The notes below the pieces were generated by a model. It had not been told where the DNA came from. It did no database searches and saw nothing but the letters and a program-made list of their open reading frames with translations. From the IMG/VR virus record IMGVR_UViG_3300018410_000010, positions 1 through 57,344 of that record: a stretch of DNA of 57,344 nucleotides. One strand, written 5' to 3'. The translations under genes and the position numbers were made by a program. This document shows, piece by piece, positions 8,525 through 16,738 of this stretch. Position 1 is the stretch's first letter. Every line of letters starts with the position of its first letter. Source of the stretch: a virus (taxonomy: Duplodnaviria > Caudoviricetes).

Positions 8525-9106
8525 ATGGTATCTTTAAATAATAATGTTAGAAAGTCTAATGTTATTGACAGATGGGAAGATTATGTCGCTGACGACGCAA
8601 GAGGTGGTCTTGTGTGGGGATTAGACGCTAAGCCTTTCAGTACTGCTCCAGACGATTGGTTTGGAGGAGATATTGCTAGCCCACCTGCAAAAGACTCTTA
8701 CGTTTCAGACAGCAATATTAGTGGAACACTTATTGAGGCAACAGCCACGCGAAACGCGCTAGTGACTGGCACAACACAGTGGACTCATCTAAGAAATATG
8801 CGCGCGGTTCAATTATTTAATTCCCAAGGCACCCAGCAGGGAACATTTGATGACACACAAAAAGCATACCAAGAAACTGGTCAAAGAGTAGATGTTACAG
8901 ATCCTGCCATTCCAACACAAGGGCCTTCAAATAATGGAAATCTCATTACTATCGGCTCAGATTCTGCACAAACTGGTATGGAGCACTATCTTGCTAGACT
9001 TCGCGGCGCTTATAGAACTATTCGAGATGACGCAGTATATAGAGAACAAACTGTCTGCCATTACAGCTGTCACTATAGCTGTCACGGCTCAAGAGGAAGA
9101 AGATAA
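8525..9106 (+). CDS. Putative substrate/precursor protein with C-terminal (CHxS)3-RGRR tail
   Basis: 193 aa; all three Cys lie in the terminal CHYSCHYSCHGSRGRR; adjacent to rSAM/SPASM genes. Substrate role is inferred. Confidence 0.7.
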   Translation: MVSLNNNVRKSNVIDRWEDYVADDARGGLVWGLDAKPFSTAPDDWFGGDIASPPAKDSYVSDSNISGTLIEATATRNALVTGTTQWTHLRNMRAVQLFNSQGTQQGTFDDTQKAYQETGQRVDVTDPAIPTQGPSNNGNLITIGSDSAQTGMEHYLARLRGAYRTIRDDAVYREQTVCHYSCHYSCHGSRGRR

Positions 9107-9846
9107 TGAATACAAGAGATACAGTGGCTCCTATTCCTATTGAATTACTTAAGGAGTATTTTAGTGATGATAGTATCGTTTTTAATATTGACTATGAAAA
9201 AAGTCTTTTAAAGGGTGATAAGATTATTACGTATCTAAGCAATTTAGATGTGCCATGCAAACTTACAGGTTTTGATAATGTTTCTTTAGAAGATAAAATG
9301 TCTTTAGTAAGAGATTATATGAATTCAAATCTCATAATTAACAGCAATGAACTTGAAGTATGCGTACTTAAAATATTACATAACGCAGCCATATATGATT
9401 TTGTGCGTCGATATGACGTTCAAGATATTTTAGACGAAAAAGAAATAGAGATTTTTTGCGAAAAAAATAAAGAAATAATTCATAAGTGGCTTGTTATGCT
9501 AGCAAGCTGTTCAGTGTATGCCATATATTCGATTGAAGATTTTAAAGATAAGGTAAAAGAAGAATTTGAAACTATAGATGATTATGATTATTGTGGCGTG
9601 AATTTTGTGCAATTATTTAAATACGAAGATACTCAGGTTTTGTTAACAAATCAAGACTTAGATGTATATTATTTTGAAAAACAATTTAACGAGCCTATGT
9701 TTAAAGGAGCTAATATATTTTATTATTGGCAAACAGAGGAAAACACAATGGCAATTATGGCATGGGGAATATCAACCGGAGAAATAAAACACGGTGATTT
9801 CACCCGTGCTATAGAAAAAGGATACGAAAATGTTTCTGCTTTTTGA
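9106..9846 (+). CDS. Hypothetical protein of the rSAM cluster
   Basis: 246 aa, TAATG-coupled to 8525-9106; no recognised motif. Confidence 0.75.
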   Translation: MNTRDTVAPIPIELLKEYFSDDSIVFNIDYEKSLLKGDKIITYLSNLDVPCKLTGFDNVSLEDKMSLVRDYMNSNLIINSNELEVCVLKILHNAAIYDFVRRYDVQDILDEKEIEIFCEKNKEIIHKWLVMLASCSVYAIYSIEDFKDKVKEEFETIDDYDYCGVNFVQLFKYEDTQVLLTNQDLDVYYFEKQFNEPMFKGANIFYYWQTEENTMAIMAWGISTGEIKHGDFTRAIEKGYENVSAF

Positions 9847-11002
9847 TAGAGTTTATGTTAAGTACGATTTTTTACTTGACAACAACGTTGATAATTTAAC
9901 TATCAGCCCTAATTTATCAATTCTAAACTGGGATGCGCTTGAGCTGGTGCATTCAAACATGGGTAATGAAATGCACAGGGTGCAGTTATATGAGCAACTA
10001 TTTCCCGGTTTTACATCTCCTGCAATGCCTGAAGGACAAGATCCTTTGCGAGAAATTGATACTCCCTACCCAAATGATCTAGCGTTTTTTCAAGCATTAT
10101 TAGATAAAGGACGCCTTAATATACACGTAGATACTGTTGCTTACGACCAACTCTTTTCTAAATTCTTAAAAATATTCTTTCCAAATATGCCAAGGGAAGT
10201 AGTATGGAAAACTTATAACATATTTAGAACAAATAGTCAACTACTTAATACAACTTCTTTTATATGGGGAGTTGAAGGATATGATGCAGTACAGCAAGCA
10301 AATGCAGATGCATGGGTGCCTAGAACAAAGACTCAATTTTTAGAAGTATTTGATGCAACAACTTTAGATTTACCTGACGCAGATTATAATACATTTAGAA
10401 CTAATGCCAAGCAAAAAATTGGAATTGAATGGATGATTGCAAATAGATTAAACGGCGATCAAACATACGATGTTTCTCTTGGCGAAAAAATGTATAAGCT
10501 TATGTCACAGCGTATTAATGAAGAAGTACAGTTTCTTAAGTCATCGTTATTTAGTAATCTATTTAGAGGATGGTCTCAAACAGTATTAGGATTGTCGTCA
10601 GTTGATGCTAATACAGATTTAATGGATCTTCGAGATACTAATGATAAAACCCGATGGTTATTTGATGATGACGATAAATTCTCATCTCCTGATTATCTTG
10701 CTCGTCACCCAAATATTCAATTTAGTACAATACGTACAAATATTTTGCAAGCGGTTACCGCAAATAATACTCCAATCGAAGAAGCTCTTACAGATGATAT
10801 GATGAATTTCGTATATAATAATACCGCATTACAAAACTTTACAACTGCTGATATTACTACAATATTAGATAATGATAGAAATCATTTAGGTCCATCAGTA
10901 TTTGAATCTGAAGATAGAATTAAGGTAAATTCTTTATTTTTAAGTTACATTTATAAACTTAAAAACAACGATGATAGTGAGTTAGGCTTATTTAGTTTAT
11001 GA
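9830..11002 (+). CDS. Hypothetical protein of the rSAM cluster
   Basis: 390-aa ORF overlapping both neighbours; AAGGA RBS; no recognised motif. Confidence 0.75.
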   Translation: MFLLFDRVYVKYDFLLDNNVDNLTISPNLSILNWDALELVHSNMGNEMHRVQLYEQLFPGFTSPAMPEGQDPLREIDTPYPNDLAFFQALLDKGRLNIHVDTVAYDQLFSKFLKIFFPNMPREVVWKTYNIFRTNSQLLNTTSFIWGVEGYDAVQQANADAWVPRTKTQFLEVFDATTLDLPDADYNTFRTNAKQKIGIEWMIANRLNGDQTYDVSLGEKMYKLMSQRINEEVQFLKSSLFSNLFRGWSQTVLGLSSVDANTDLMDLRDTNDKTRWLFDDDDKFSSPDYLARHPNIQFSTIRTNILQAVTANNTPIEEALTDDMMNFVYNNTALQNFTTADITTILDNDRNHLGPSVFESEDRIKVNSLFLSYIYKLKNNDDSELGLFSL

Positions 11003-11541
11003 TTCAAAATTGCTATGAGTCTTCGATATGGATTAAACAATTTGTAAATAGCGATAATTTCAATCAAGACGTTTTAAATACAACTAAAGCAATATCAGCC
11101 ACGGTTCCTGAGCCTGTGGCTGATTATAATATTGACTTGTGGCAAACAGATAATATGCTCACAATTAAGTCTTACTTTACTGAAGGATTTAATGCGCTTT
11201 GTGAGCAGTACGAAGAATCATCTTCTTATAATATAGATTCTATGAATATTATCAATCCTATGAAGTTTGGCGATTTTAAATCATGCCATACTCATGATGT
11301 GATTGATGCCTTTGGTGTATATTATCTAAATGACTCTGAAGAAGGCGGTAAGCTTAGATTATATGATCCACGATTCTTAAATAAAAAATCATTTACCAAA
11401 GAAGCATATATAGAAATAGAACCTAAAACTGGTTTAATGGTTGTAGCTCCTTATTATATTTGGCATGAAGTTACTCCATACCTCGGAAAAGAAACGAGAT
11501 ATAGTTTAGTATGTAATATGGTATTTGATAATGTTGTCTAG
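10999..11541 (+). CDS. 2OG-Fe(II) oxygenase (HxH type)
   Basis: HTH...GVYYL...GGKLRLYDPR...PKTGLMVVAPYYIWHEVTP...R.S. Confidence 0.85.
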   Translation: MIQNCYESSIWIKQFVNSDNFNQDVLNTTKAISATVPEPVADYNIDLWQTDNMLTIKSYFTEGFNALCEQYEESSSYNIDSMNIINPMKFGDFKSCHTHDVIDAFGVYYLNDSEEGGKLRLYDPRFLNKKSFTKEAYIEIEPKTGLMVVAPYYIWHEVTPYLGKETRYSLVCNMVFDNVV

Positions 11542-12547
11542 TATAATTCCCACACAAAACGTAGATATAATAACGAAACAAAATAAAAGATCTCAAGATG
11601 GTGAGATCATTGTTACGTTATTTGAATATTGCAATCTCAGCTGTACGTTTTGTAATCAAGATCATAATAGTCTTGAAGGCATAGATACAATTTTAGAAAA
11701 AATACAGGTTGTACAGAATATTATCCAAAAAACTCCAAAGGACCATTATAGTGTGCACTTTATGGGAGGCGAAGTATTTGCTGATGGTTTGCCTGATACA
11801 GTATTTGATGATTATGTAATCTTATGCCATGAATTAAATACATGGGCGCATCAACAAAATATTAGTCTTGAAATTTGTTTTACAAGTAATATGGTCTTTG
11901 ATAATAGAGAAAGATTAGATAACTTTCTTTATCAATCTAATCCTACGTTACTTACAAGCTTTGATCCAGCAGCAAGATTTAATAAAAAGAATTTTAAAAT
12001 ATTTCAAGATAATGTGAAGCACTACAAAGACTTTATTAAGTCTGCTAATGTGATTATGACTAGACCAACTATAAATAAGTTCATGAATGGCGACGTAGAG
12101 TTTTTTGATTATCTTTACGACAACTTCGATATATATTTTGATTATTATACACCAGAGAAAAATATGAAGTTGTTTATTCCAAATGATATTCAACTGCGCG
12201 ACTTTATGATTTATATGCTTGAGCATTATCCTAAAGCTTTACCATTTGCTGATTATACAAATAAAGTAAAAAAGCAAATGAGCTGCATGGATACAATAAC
12301 AATTATGCCAAACAATTCATTTGGCGCCTGTACTATACTGTTGAATAATTTTAAAAATGTAACGGCAACAAAAATCGAAATGGAACAAGAATGGTTCAAG
12401 CAATATAATTGTCTTGAATGCCCACATTTTCAATACTGTTCTATGGGATGTTTTTTGTCAAACCATATGCAAAGTTTTAGAACACAAGAAGCATGCTGGT
12501 TAAGTGAGGTTTATGATGTGGTCCACTCCAATACAAGTATTCAATAA
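11525..12547 (+). CDS. Radical SAM/SPASM protein 2
   Basis: CNLSCTFC, FMGGE, CLECPHFQYCSMGC; start may be ATG 11531. Confidence 0.92.
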   Translation: MIMLSSIIPTQNVDIITKQNKRSQDGEIIVTLFEYCNLSCTFCNQDHNSLEGIDTILEKIQVVQNIIQKTPKDHYSVHFMGGEVFADGLPDTVFDDYVILCHELNTWAHQQNISLEICFTSNMVFDNRERLDNFLYQSNPTLLTSFDPAARFNKKNFKIFQDNVKHYKDFIKSANVIMTRPTINKFMNGDVEFFDYLYDNFDIYFDYYTPEKNMKLFIPNDIQLRDFMIYMLEHYPKALPFADYTNKVKKQMSCMDTITIMPNNSFGACTILLNNFKNVTATKIEMEQEWFKQYNCLECPHFQYCSMGCFLSNHMQSFRTQEACWLSEVYDVVHSNTSIQ

Positions 12548-12977
12548 TGGATATCAAGATCCATTCGAAAGATATAAAGATTTTTTAAAAGATCATTATA
12601 AGCTTGATTTAAACGATTTTAAATACGACATACGAGAATGGAAAACAACTCCAGGCTCAGGCTATTGGATGTCTCCGCATAATCATGGTCACTCTCATTT
12701 TACTTCAATATATTATAATCACATTTCTGGTGAAGGTGGTGAATTAATTCTTCATGATCCAAGAGTAAACGCAAATAGAGGATTTCCACAAGAGTTTGGA
12801 TCTGAGTTTGCTCCTTACATTATTCAGCCAGAAACTGGAATGACTGTGATATTTCCATCTTACGTTTATCATACAGCTGCGCCATTTAGAGGCATAATAA
12901 GAGAAGCAAGCGTAAGTGAGATACAGCTTGCGAGTATAAGTACTGGGGATTCATATTTAGGAGCAACATCGATATGA
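12504..12977 (+). CDS. 2OG-Fe(II) oxygenase (HxH type)
   Basis: HNH..HFTSIYY...GGELILHDPR.NANRG...IFPSYVYH; probable start is ATG 12513 or 12516. Confidence 0.85.
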   Translation: MRFMMWSTPIQVFNNGYQDPFERYKDFLKDHYKLDLNDFKYDIREWKTTPGSGYWMSPHNHGHSHFTSIYYNHISGEGGELILHDPRVNANRGFPQEFGSEFAPYIIQPETGMTVIFPSYVYHTAAPFRGIIREASVSEIQLASISTGDSYLGATSI

Positions 12978-13609
12978 ATGTAAATCAATTTTATAAGGAC
13001 GGATATGATGAATGGGAAATGCCTTCACATTTAAAAGCTATGATCTGGGGACAACTACTCAGTGAGAATTGGATTGATCATCCGGTTTATAAAGCAATTC
13101 CAGATTGGAGTATTAATCAAGGTGGTGAAGCTCAACTATATCGACAAAAATATGAGCGTAGAGATGAGCAAGAAATTAATCAAAAATCTTTAGAGCTTAT
13201 TCCTGAAACATATAGAATGGTAATTGAAGAGTTATTTAATGAAGGTTATTATCATGAATGGTTTCAAAACGTGTGCGGATATAATTATAAACTTAAATTC
13301 GTCGATGTATGGAATGGCTCAGACGATCTAGGATGGCATTGGGATGGAGTTGAAGATCACGATATTGGATTCTTAATTTACTTTACTGAAGAACAAAACT
13401 GGAAAAAAGAATGGCAATCATACTTATCTCTTGGCGAAAGAGATTGGCAGCAAGAAAATATTGAGCTTAAACACACGGCTTATCCTGCTAATGGTAAGAT
13501 TATATTGTTAAATAATATGAATCCAAGGTTTGTGCATTCTGTTGCAAAACTAACAAATGATAATGTAAATAGATATACAATTAACGCAGGCTTTTCTTTA
13601 TGGAATTAA
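12974..13609 (+). CDS. 2OG-Fe(II) oxygenase (prolyl-hydroxylase-like, HxD)
   Basis: WHWDG...LIYF...P..GKIILLNN..PRFVHSV...RYTI. Confidence 0.82.
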   Translation: MNVNQFYKDGYDEWEMPSHLKAMIWGQLLSENWIDHPVYKAIPDWSINQGGEAQLYRQKYERRDEQEINQKSLELIPETYRMVIEELFNEGYYHEWFQNVCGYNYKLKFVDVWNGSDDLGWHWDGVEDHDIGFLIYFTEEQNWKKEWQSYLSLGERDWQQENIELKHTAYPANGKIILLNNMNPRFVHSVAKLTNDNVNRYTINAGFSLWN

Positions 13610-14595
13610 TTATTAAACCAACTGAACGTTGCAATTTTAAATGTACTTTTTGTTCAAGTACATCGATTGCTGATGACATAAAAGATCAGTTGGGTTTAAG
13701 CTATATTTTCAAATTTCTAAAAAGATTTCCAAACACCAATACAATTATTGTAAATGGCGGCGATCCATTAATGATGGATCCTAAGTATTATCGAAAATTG
13801 TTAGATCATATTGAAATTTTCAATTATCAAACAACCGTTTCTTTTACTACAAACCTATGGCCTTTTTATAAGAATCCTGAAAAGTGGATAGATATTTTTA
13901 CACATCCACGAATGGGAATTACAACAAGCTTTCATTATGGTGATTCTAGACTTAAAGGTGATTATTCAGTATTTACTGAAGAAGATTTCTGGGCCGTATC
14001 AGATAAAATGTTAGAACTCGTCGGTTATAGACCCGATTTTATTTCAGTAATTGACGAAGCAAACGAAGATACAGCTTTAGATAATGTAAGGCTTGCAAAA
14101 AAGATGGGTGTTGAATGCAAATTAAATTATGCTATGGCATCAGGTATTCAATCTCGCCCATATCAATTATCTAAAATGTATAAATTATATTTAGATGTTT
14201 ATGAAGCTGGTTTAACCGACTGGGAATTTAATACTAAGCAAATGATTAAACGTCTACGCAATGAAGCTTTAATGTGTCCACAAAATAGAAATTGTGATGA
14301 TACAATCAGAGCACTGCAACCTAGCGGCGACTATTACTCATGCGGTGCTATGGGAGACGATAGAGAATATTCTATTGATTTTAATCGAGAAATGAATGGC
14401 GAATTTTTTAGACCATTGCAAGAAGATCTCGAAATACAAACAATGCATGACGGATGCTATACATGTCCAATGTTCCAAATTTGTAATGGATGCAAGAAAA
14501 CAGTCAAAGATACTAAACGACATAATATGGTTGAAGAACACTGCACATTAATGAAACAATTAGCTCCAAGGATTATCGATGCAAATAACGGATAA
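13600..14595 (+). CDS. Radical SAM/SPASM protein 3
   Basis: IIKPTERCNFKCTFC, NGGDP, CP...C...P.GDYYSC, CYTCPMFQICNGC. Confidence 0.93.
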   Translation: MELIIKPTERCNFKCTFCSSTSIADDIKDQLGLSYIFKFLKRFPNTNTIIVNGGDPLMMDPKYYRKLLDHIEIFNYQTTVSFTTNLWPFYKNPEKWIDIFTHPRMGITTSFHYGDSRLKGDYSVFTEEDFWAVSDKMLELVGYRPDFISVIDEANEDTALDNVRLAKKMGVECKLNYAMASGIQSRPYQLSKMYKLYLDVYEAGLTDWEFNTKQMIKRLRNEALMCPQNRNCDDTIRALQPSGDYYSCGAMGDDREYSIDFNREMNGEFFRPLQEDLEIQTMHDGCYTCPMFQICNGCKKTVKDTKRHNMVEEHCTLMKQLAPRIIDANNG

Positions 14596-15139
14596 TGCCC
14601 TTTCGAATATTGATTATAAGAAAATTCATCATTATTTTACTTCAGAAATACCAATATGGCGTTTTATGCCTGGAATTAATGATAATGTTAACAGTACTAA
14701 TCAGCCTGAATACAAACCGACTTCATGGGGTTTTACATGCAATATTAGCAATACTATAGCGGACATTAAGGATAAGCATGCTTATAGATTATTAAAACCT
14801 CTTATTTTAAATAAAGAAAAATTAGTGAGAATCAGATGCGGATTTATAGTGAATGTAGGTCCGTCTAAACTACATAAACCTCATATTGATCAGCAATCAA
14901 TAGAACATATTACTCAACTTTATTATTTAACAGATAGTGATGCTGTTACAAACGTATTCGAAGAATATGGAAATGACCCAAAATATGATAGTTATCAACC
15001 CGAAGATTTTACTGTTAAATTCCGATGTACACCAAAAAAGAATAGAATGTTTATTTTTGATGGAATGCATTGGCATAGTTCTTCGCCCGTTTTGGGTAAA
15101 GAAGCAAGATTAGTGTTGTCGATTAATTATGCTAAATAG
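14579..15139 (+). CDS. 2OG-Fe(II) oxygenase
   Basis: PHID...LYYL.DSD..T...PKKNR.FIFDG.HWHSSS...RLVLSIN. Confidence 0.8.
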   Translation: MQITDNALSNIDYKKIHHYFTSEIPIWRFMPGINDNVNSTNQPEYKPTSWGFTCNISNTIADIKDKHAYRLLKPLILNKEKLVRIRCGFIVNVGPSKLHKPHIDQQSIEHITQLYYLTDSDAVTNVFEEYGNDPKYDSYQPEDFTVKFRCTPKKNRMFIFDGMHWHSSSPVLGKEARLVLSINYAK

Positions 15140-15836
15140 AAGTCCAAATTTTAACGATCTATATTTAAAAGGCGCCGATATCGTAGAGGTTGATTCGTCA
15201 TTTAATGCTATGCTTTATGGATTGCTAATGGCTGAAACCTTTGTCGGTGATGGCGCAATTCAAAATCCAATTTGGGATAGAGAATATCATGAAAGAGATT
15301 TAGATGTTTATGTTAAAGGAAAGCAGCCTTATTTAGAATTTTTCCAAGAAGTTGTTAAATCAGAATATTTTGATTATTGGAGGCATGTTTACGGAGATTT
15401 TGATGAAATACATGTAAACATTAATAAGGTAGACCAAACCGGGGAGATGCCTTGGCACTTTGATGGCTTCGATGGAACTTTATTACAAATTCTTTGTTAT
15501 CCAAACATGGATGATTTTGAGGAAAAAGATGGCGGTCATTTTTTAGTTGGTAGACCTGATAATTTATATCGAAACGGAGACCCTATGCCTCATTGGGATC
15601 CTCAATCTTCTTTAGATAATATTTTAACAAAAAACGTAAAAGTTACACAAAAGTATGTACCTAATCGAAATAGTGTGGTAATATTAAATAACAATGATCC
15701 ATCTTTTGTTCATAGAGTAACTCAGTTAAAAGCAGATAAAACTCGATATACAATTATCGCAACGCTTGGCTTTAGTTCTCTTTGGTCTCAAAACAAATTA
15801 AAATTGGGTCATTATAAAGGCACCAAATTATTATGA
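15129..15836 (+). CDS. 2OG-Fe(II) oxygenase (paralog of 12974-13609)
   Basis: WHFDG...DGGHF...P.RNSVVILNN.DPSFVHRV...RYTI. Confidence 0.82.
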   Translation: MLNRSPNFNDLYLKGADIVEVDSSFNAMLYGLLMAETFVGDGAIQNPIWDREYHERDLDVYVKGKQPYLEFFQEVVKSEYFDYWRHVYGDFDEIHVNINKVDQTGEMPWHFDGFDGTLLQILCYPNMDDFEEKDGGHFLVGRPDNLYRNGDPMPHWDPQSSLDNILTKNVKVTQKYVPNRNSVVILNNNDPSFVHRVTQLKADKTRYTIIATLGFSSLWSQNKLKLGHYKGTKLL

Positions 15837-16738
15837 TTATATCTTTGAATCCAACATATCTATGTAATTTTAGATGTGATTTTTGTTATCTCACTTCAGA
15901 ACAATTGGCAGATAAAAATAAAATTGATTTAGAATTGTTAGATCAAAGACTGCTTGAAGTTTCTAATTATCAGCCTATCAGATATATTGATTTATATGGC
16001 GGTGAGATTAGTACTTTAAATGATGAGTATTTTTATGATTTAAAAAGAATTATTCGTAAACATTACCAAGGCGAAATAAACATTGTAACTAATTATGCTT
16101 CTCCAAAAAGCTATATGCATGACAATGATATTTCACTATCTGTATCATTTGATTTTGAAGCTCGTGAAAGATCTGATCTAGTATTTGCGAATATGCTTGT
16201 AAGTCCGGTTCCTATTTCTGTGCTTATTCTTGCTAGCCCTAAAGTCATAAATATGGACGTTGGGCAAATGATTCAACAACTTTCAATGCTTTCAAATATA
16301 CGTTCGGTAGAAATTAAACCGTATTCTACAAACCAAGCAAACGCGCATAACGTAACTCATAAAGACTTCGAATTGTTTGTTGCTGATTGGTTAAACCGCG
16401 ATCTACCGTTTGAGTTTGAAAATAGGCATCGTATTCATGAATCTTTATCTGGAAATTATGACGCATTTAGTAATGACCATGTATATATAAATCCAAACGG
16501 CAAGTTTGCTGTGCTCGAATTTGATAAAAATGATAATGAATACTTTTTAGAATTAGATACTTTTAAAGATTATCTTAAATGGGCAGATGAAGAACCGATA
16601 AAAAATGTCTCTGATATATGTAGAGAATGTAAGTGGTACGGTAAATGTTTGACTGAACATTATAGATATGTTAAAGATTTAGATAATGGCTGTAACGGCT
16701 ATAGAGGACTTTTAGAATGGCAAGAAAAAAAATATTGA
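15833..16738 (+). CDS. Radical SAM protein 4 with reduced SPASM-like domain
   Basis: CNFRCDFCY, LYGGE, INPNG, CRECKWYGKC..EH...GC. Confidence 0.9.
   Translation: MIISLNPTYLCNFRCDFCYLTSEQLADKNKIDLELLDQRLLEVSNYQPIRYIDLYGGEISTLNDEYFYDLKRIIRKHYQGEINIVTNYASPKSYMHDNDISLSVSFDFEARERSDLVFANMLVSPVPISVLILASPKVINMDVGQMIQQLSMLSNIRSVEIKPYSTNQANAHNVTHKDFELFVADWLNRDLPFEFENRHRIHESLSGNYDAFSNDHVYINPNGKFAVLEFDKNDNEYFLELDTFKDYLKWADEEPIKNVSDICRECKWYGKCLTEHYRYVKDLDNGCNGYRGLLEWQEKKY

Noticed and set aside
8892-9143. Overlapping 83-aa ORF containing AITAVTIAVTA as an alternative precursor
   Set aside because: Out-of-frame shadow of the CHxS repeat; it overlaps two well-supported, translationally coupled genes.
12070-12077. 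TATAAATA inside rSAM2
   Set aside because: Mid-gene and >400 nt from the next start in very AT-rich sequence; likely chance.
7497-16738. rSAM genes as a 7-deazaguanine (QueE) DNA-modification, NrdG or MoaA pathway
   Set aside because: No queC/queD/folE/dpdA, nrdD or moa partners in the window; the SPASM-like Cys motifs and adjacent CHxS protein fit peptide maturases better. Partners elsewhere in the genome cannot be excluded.
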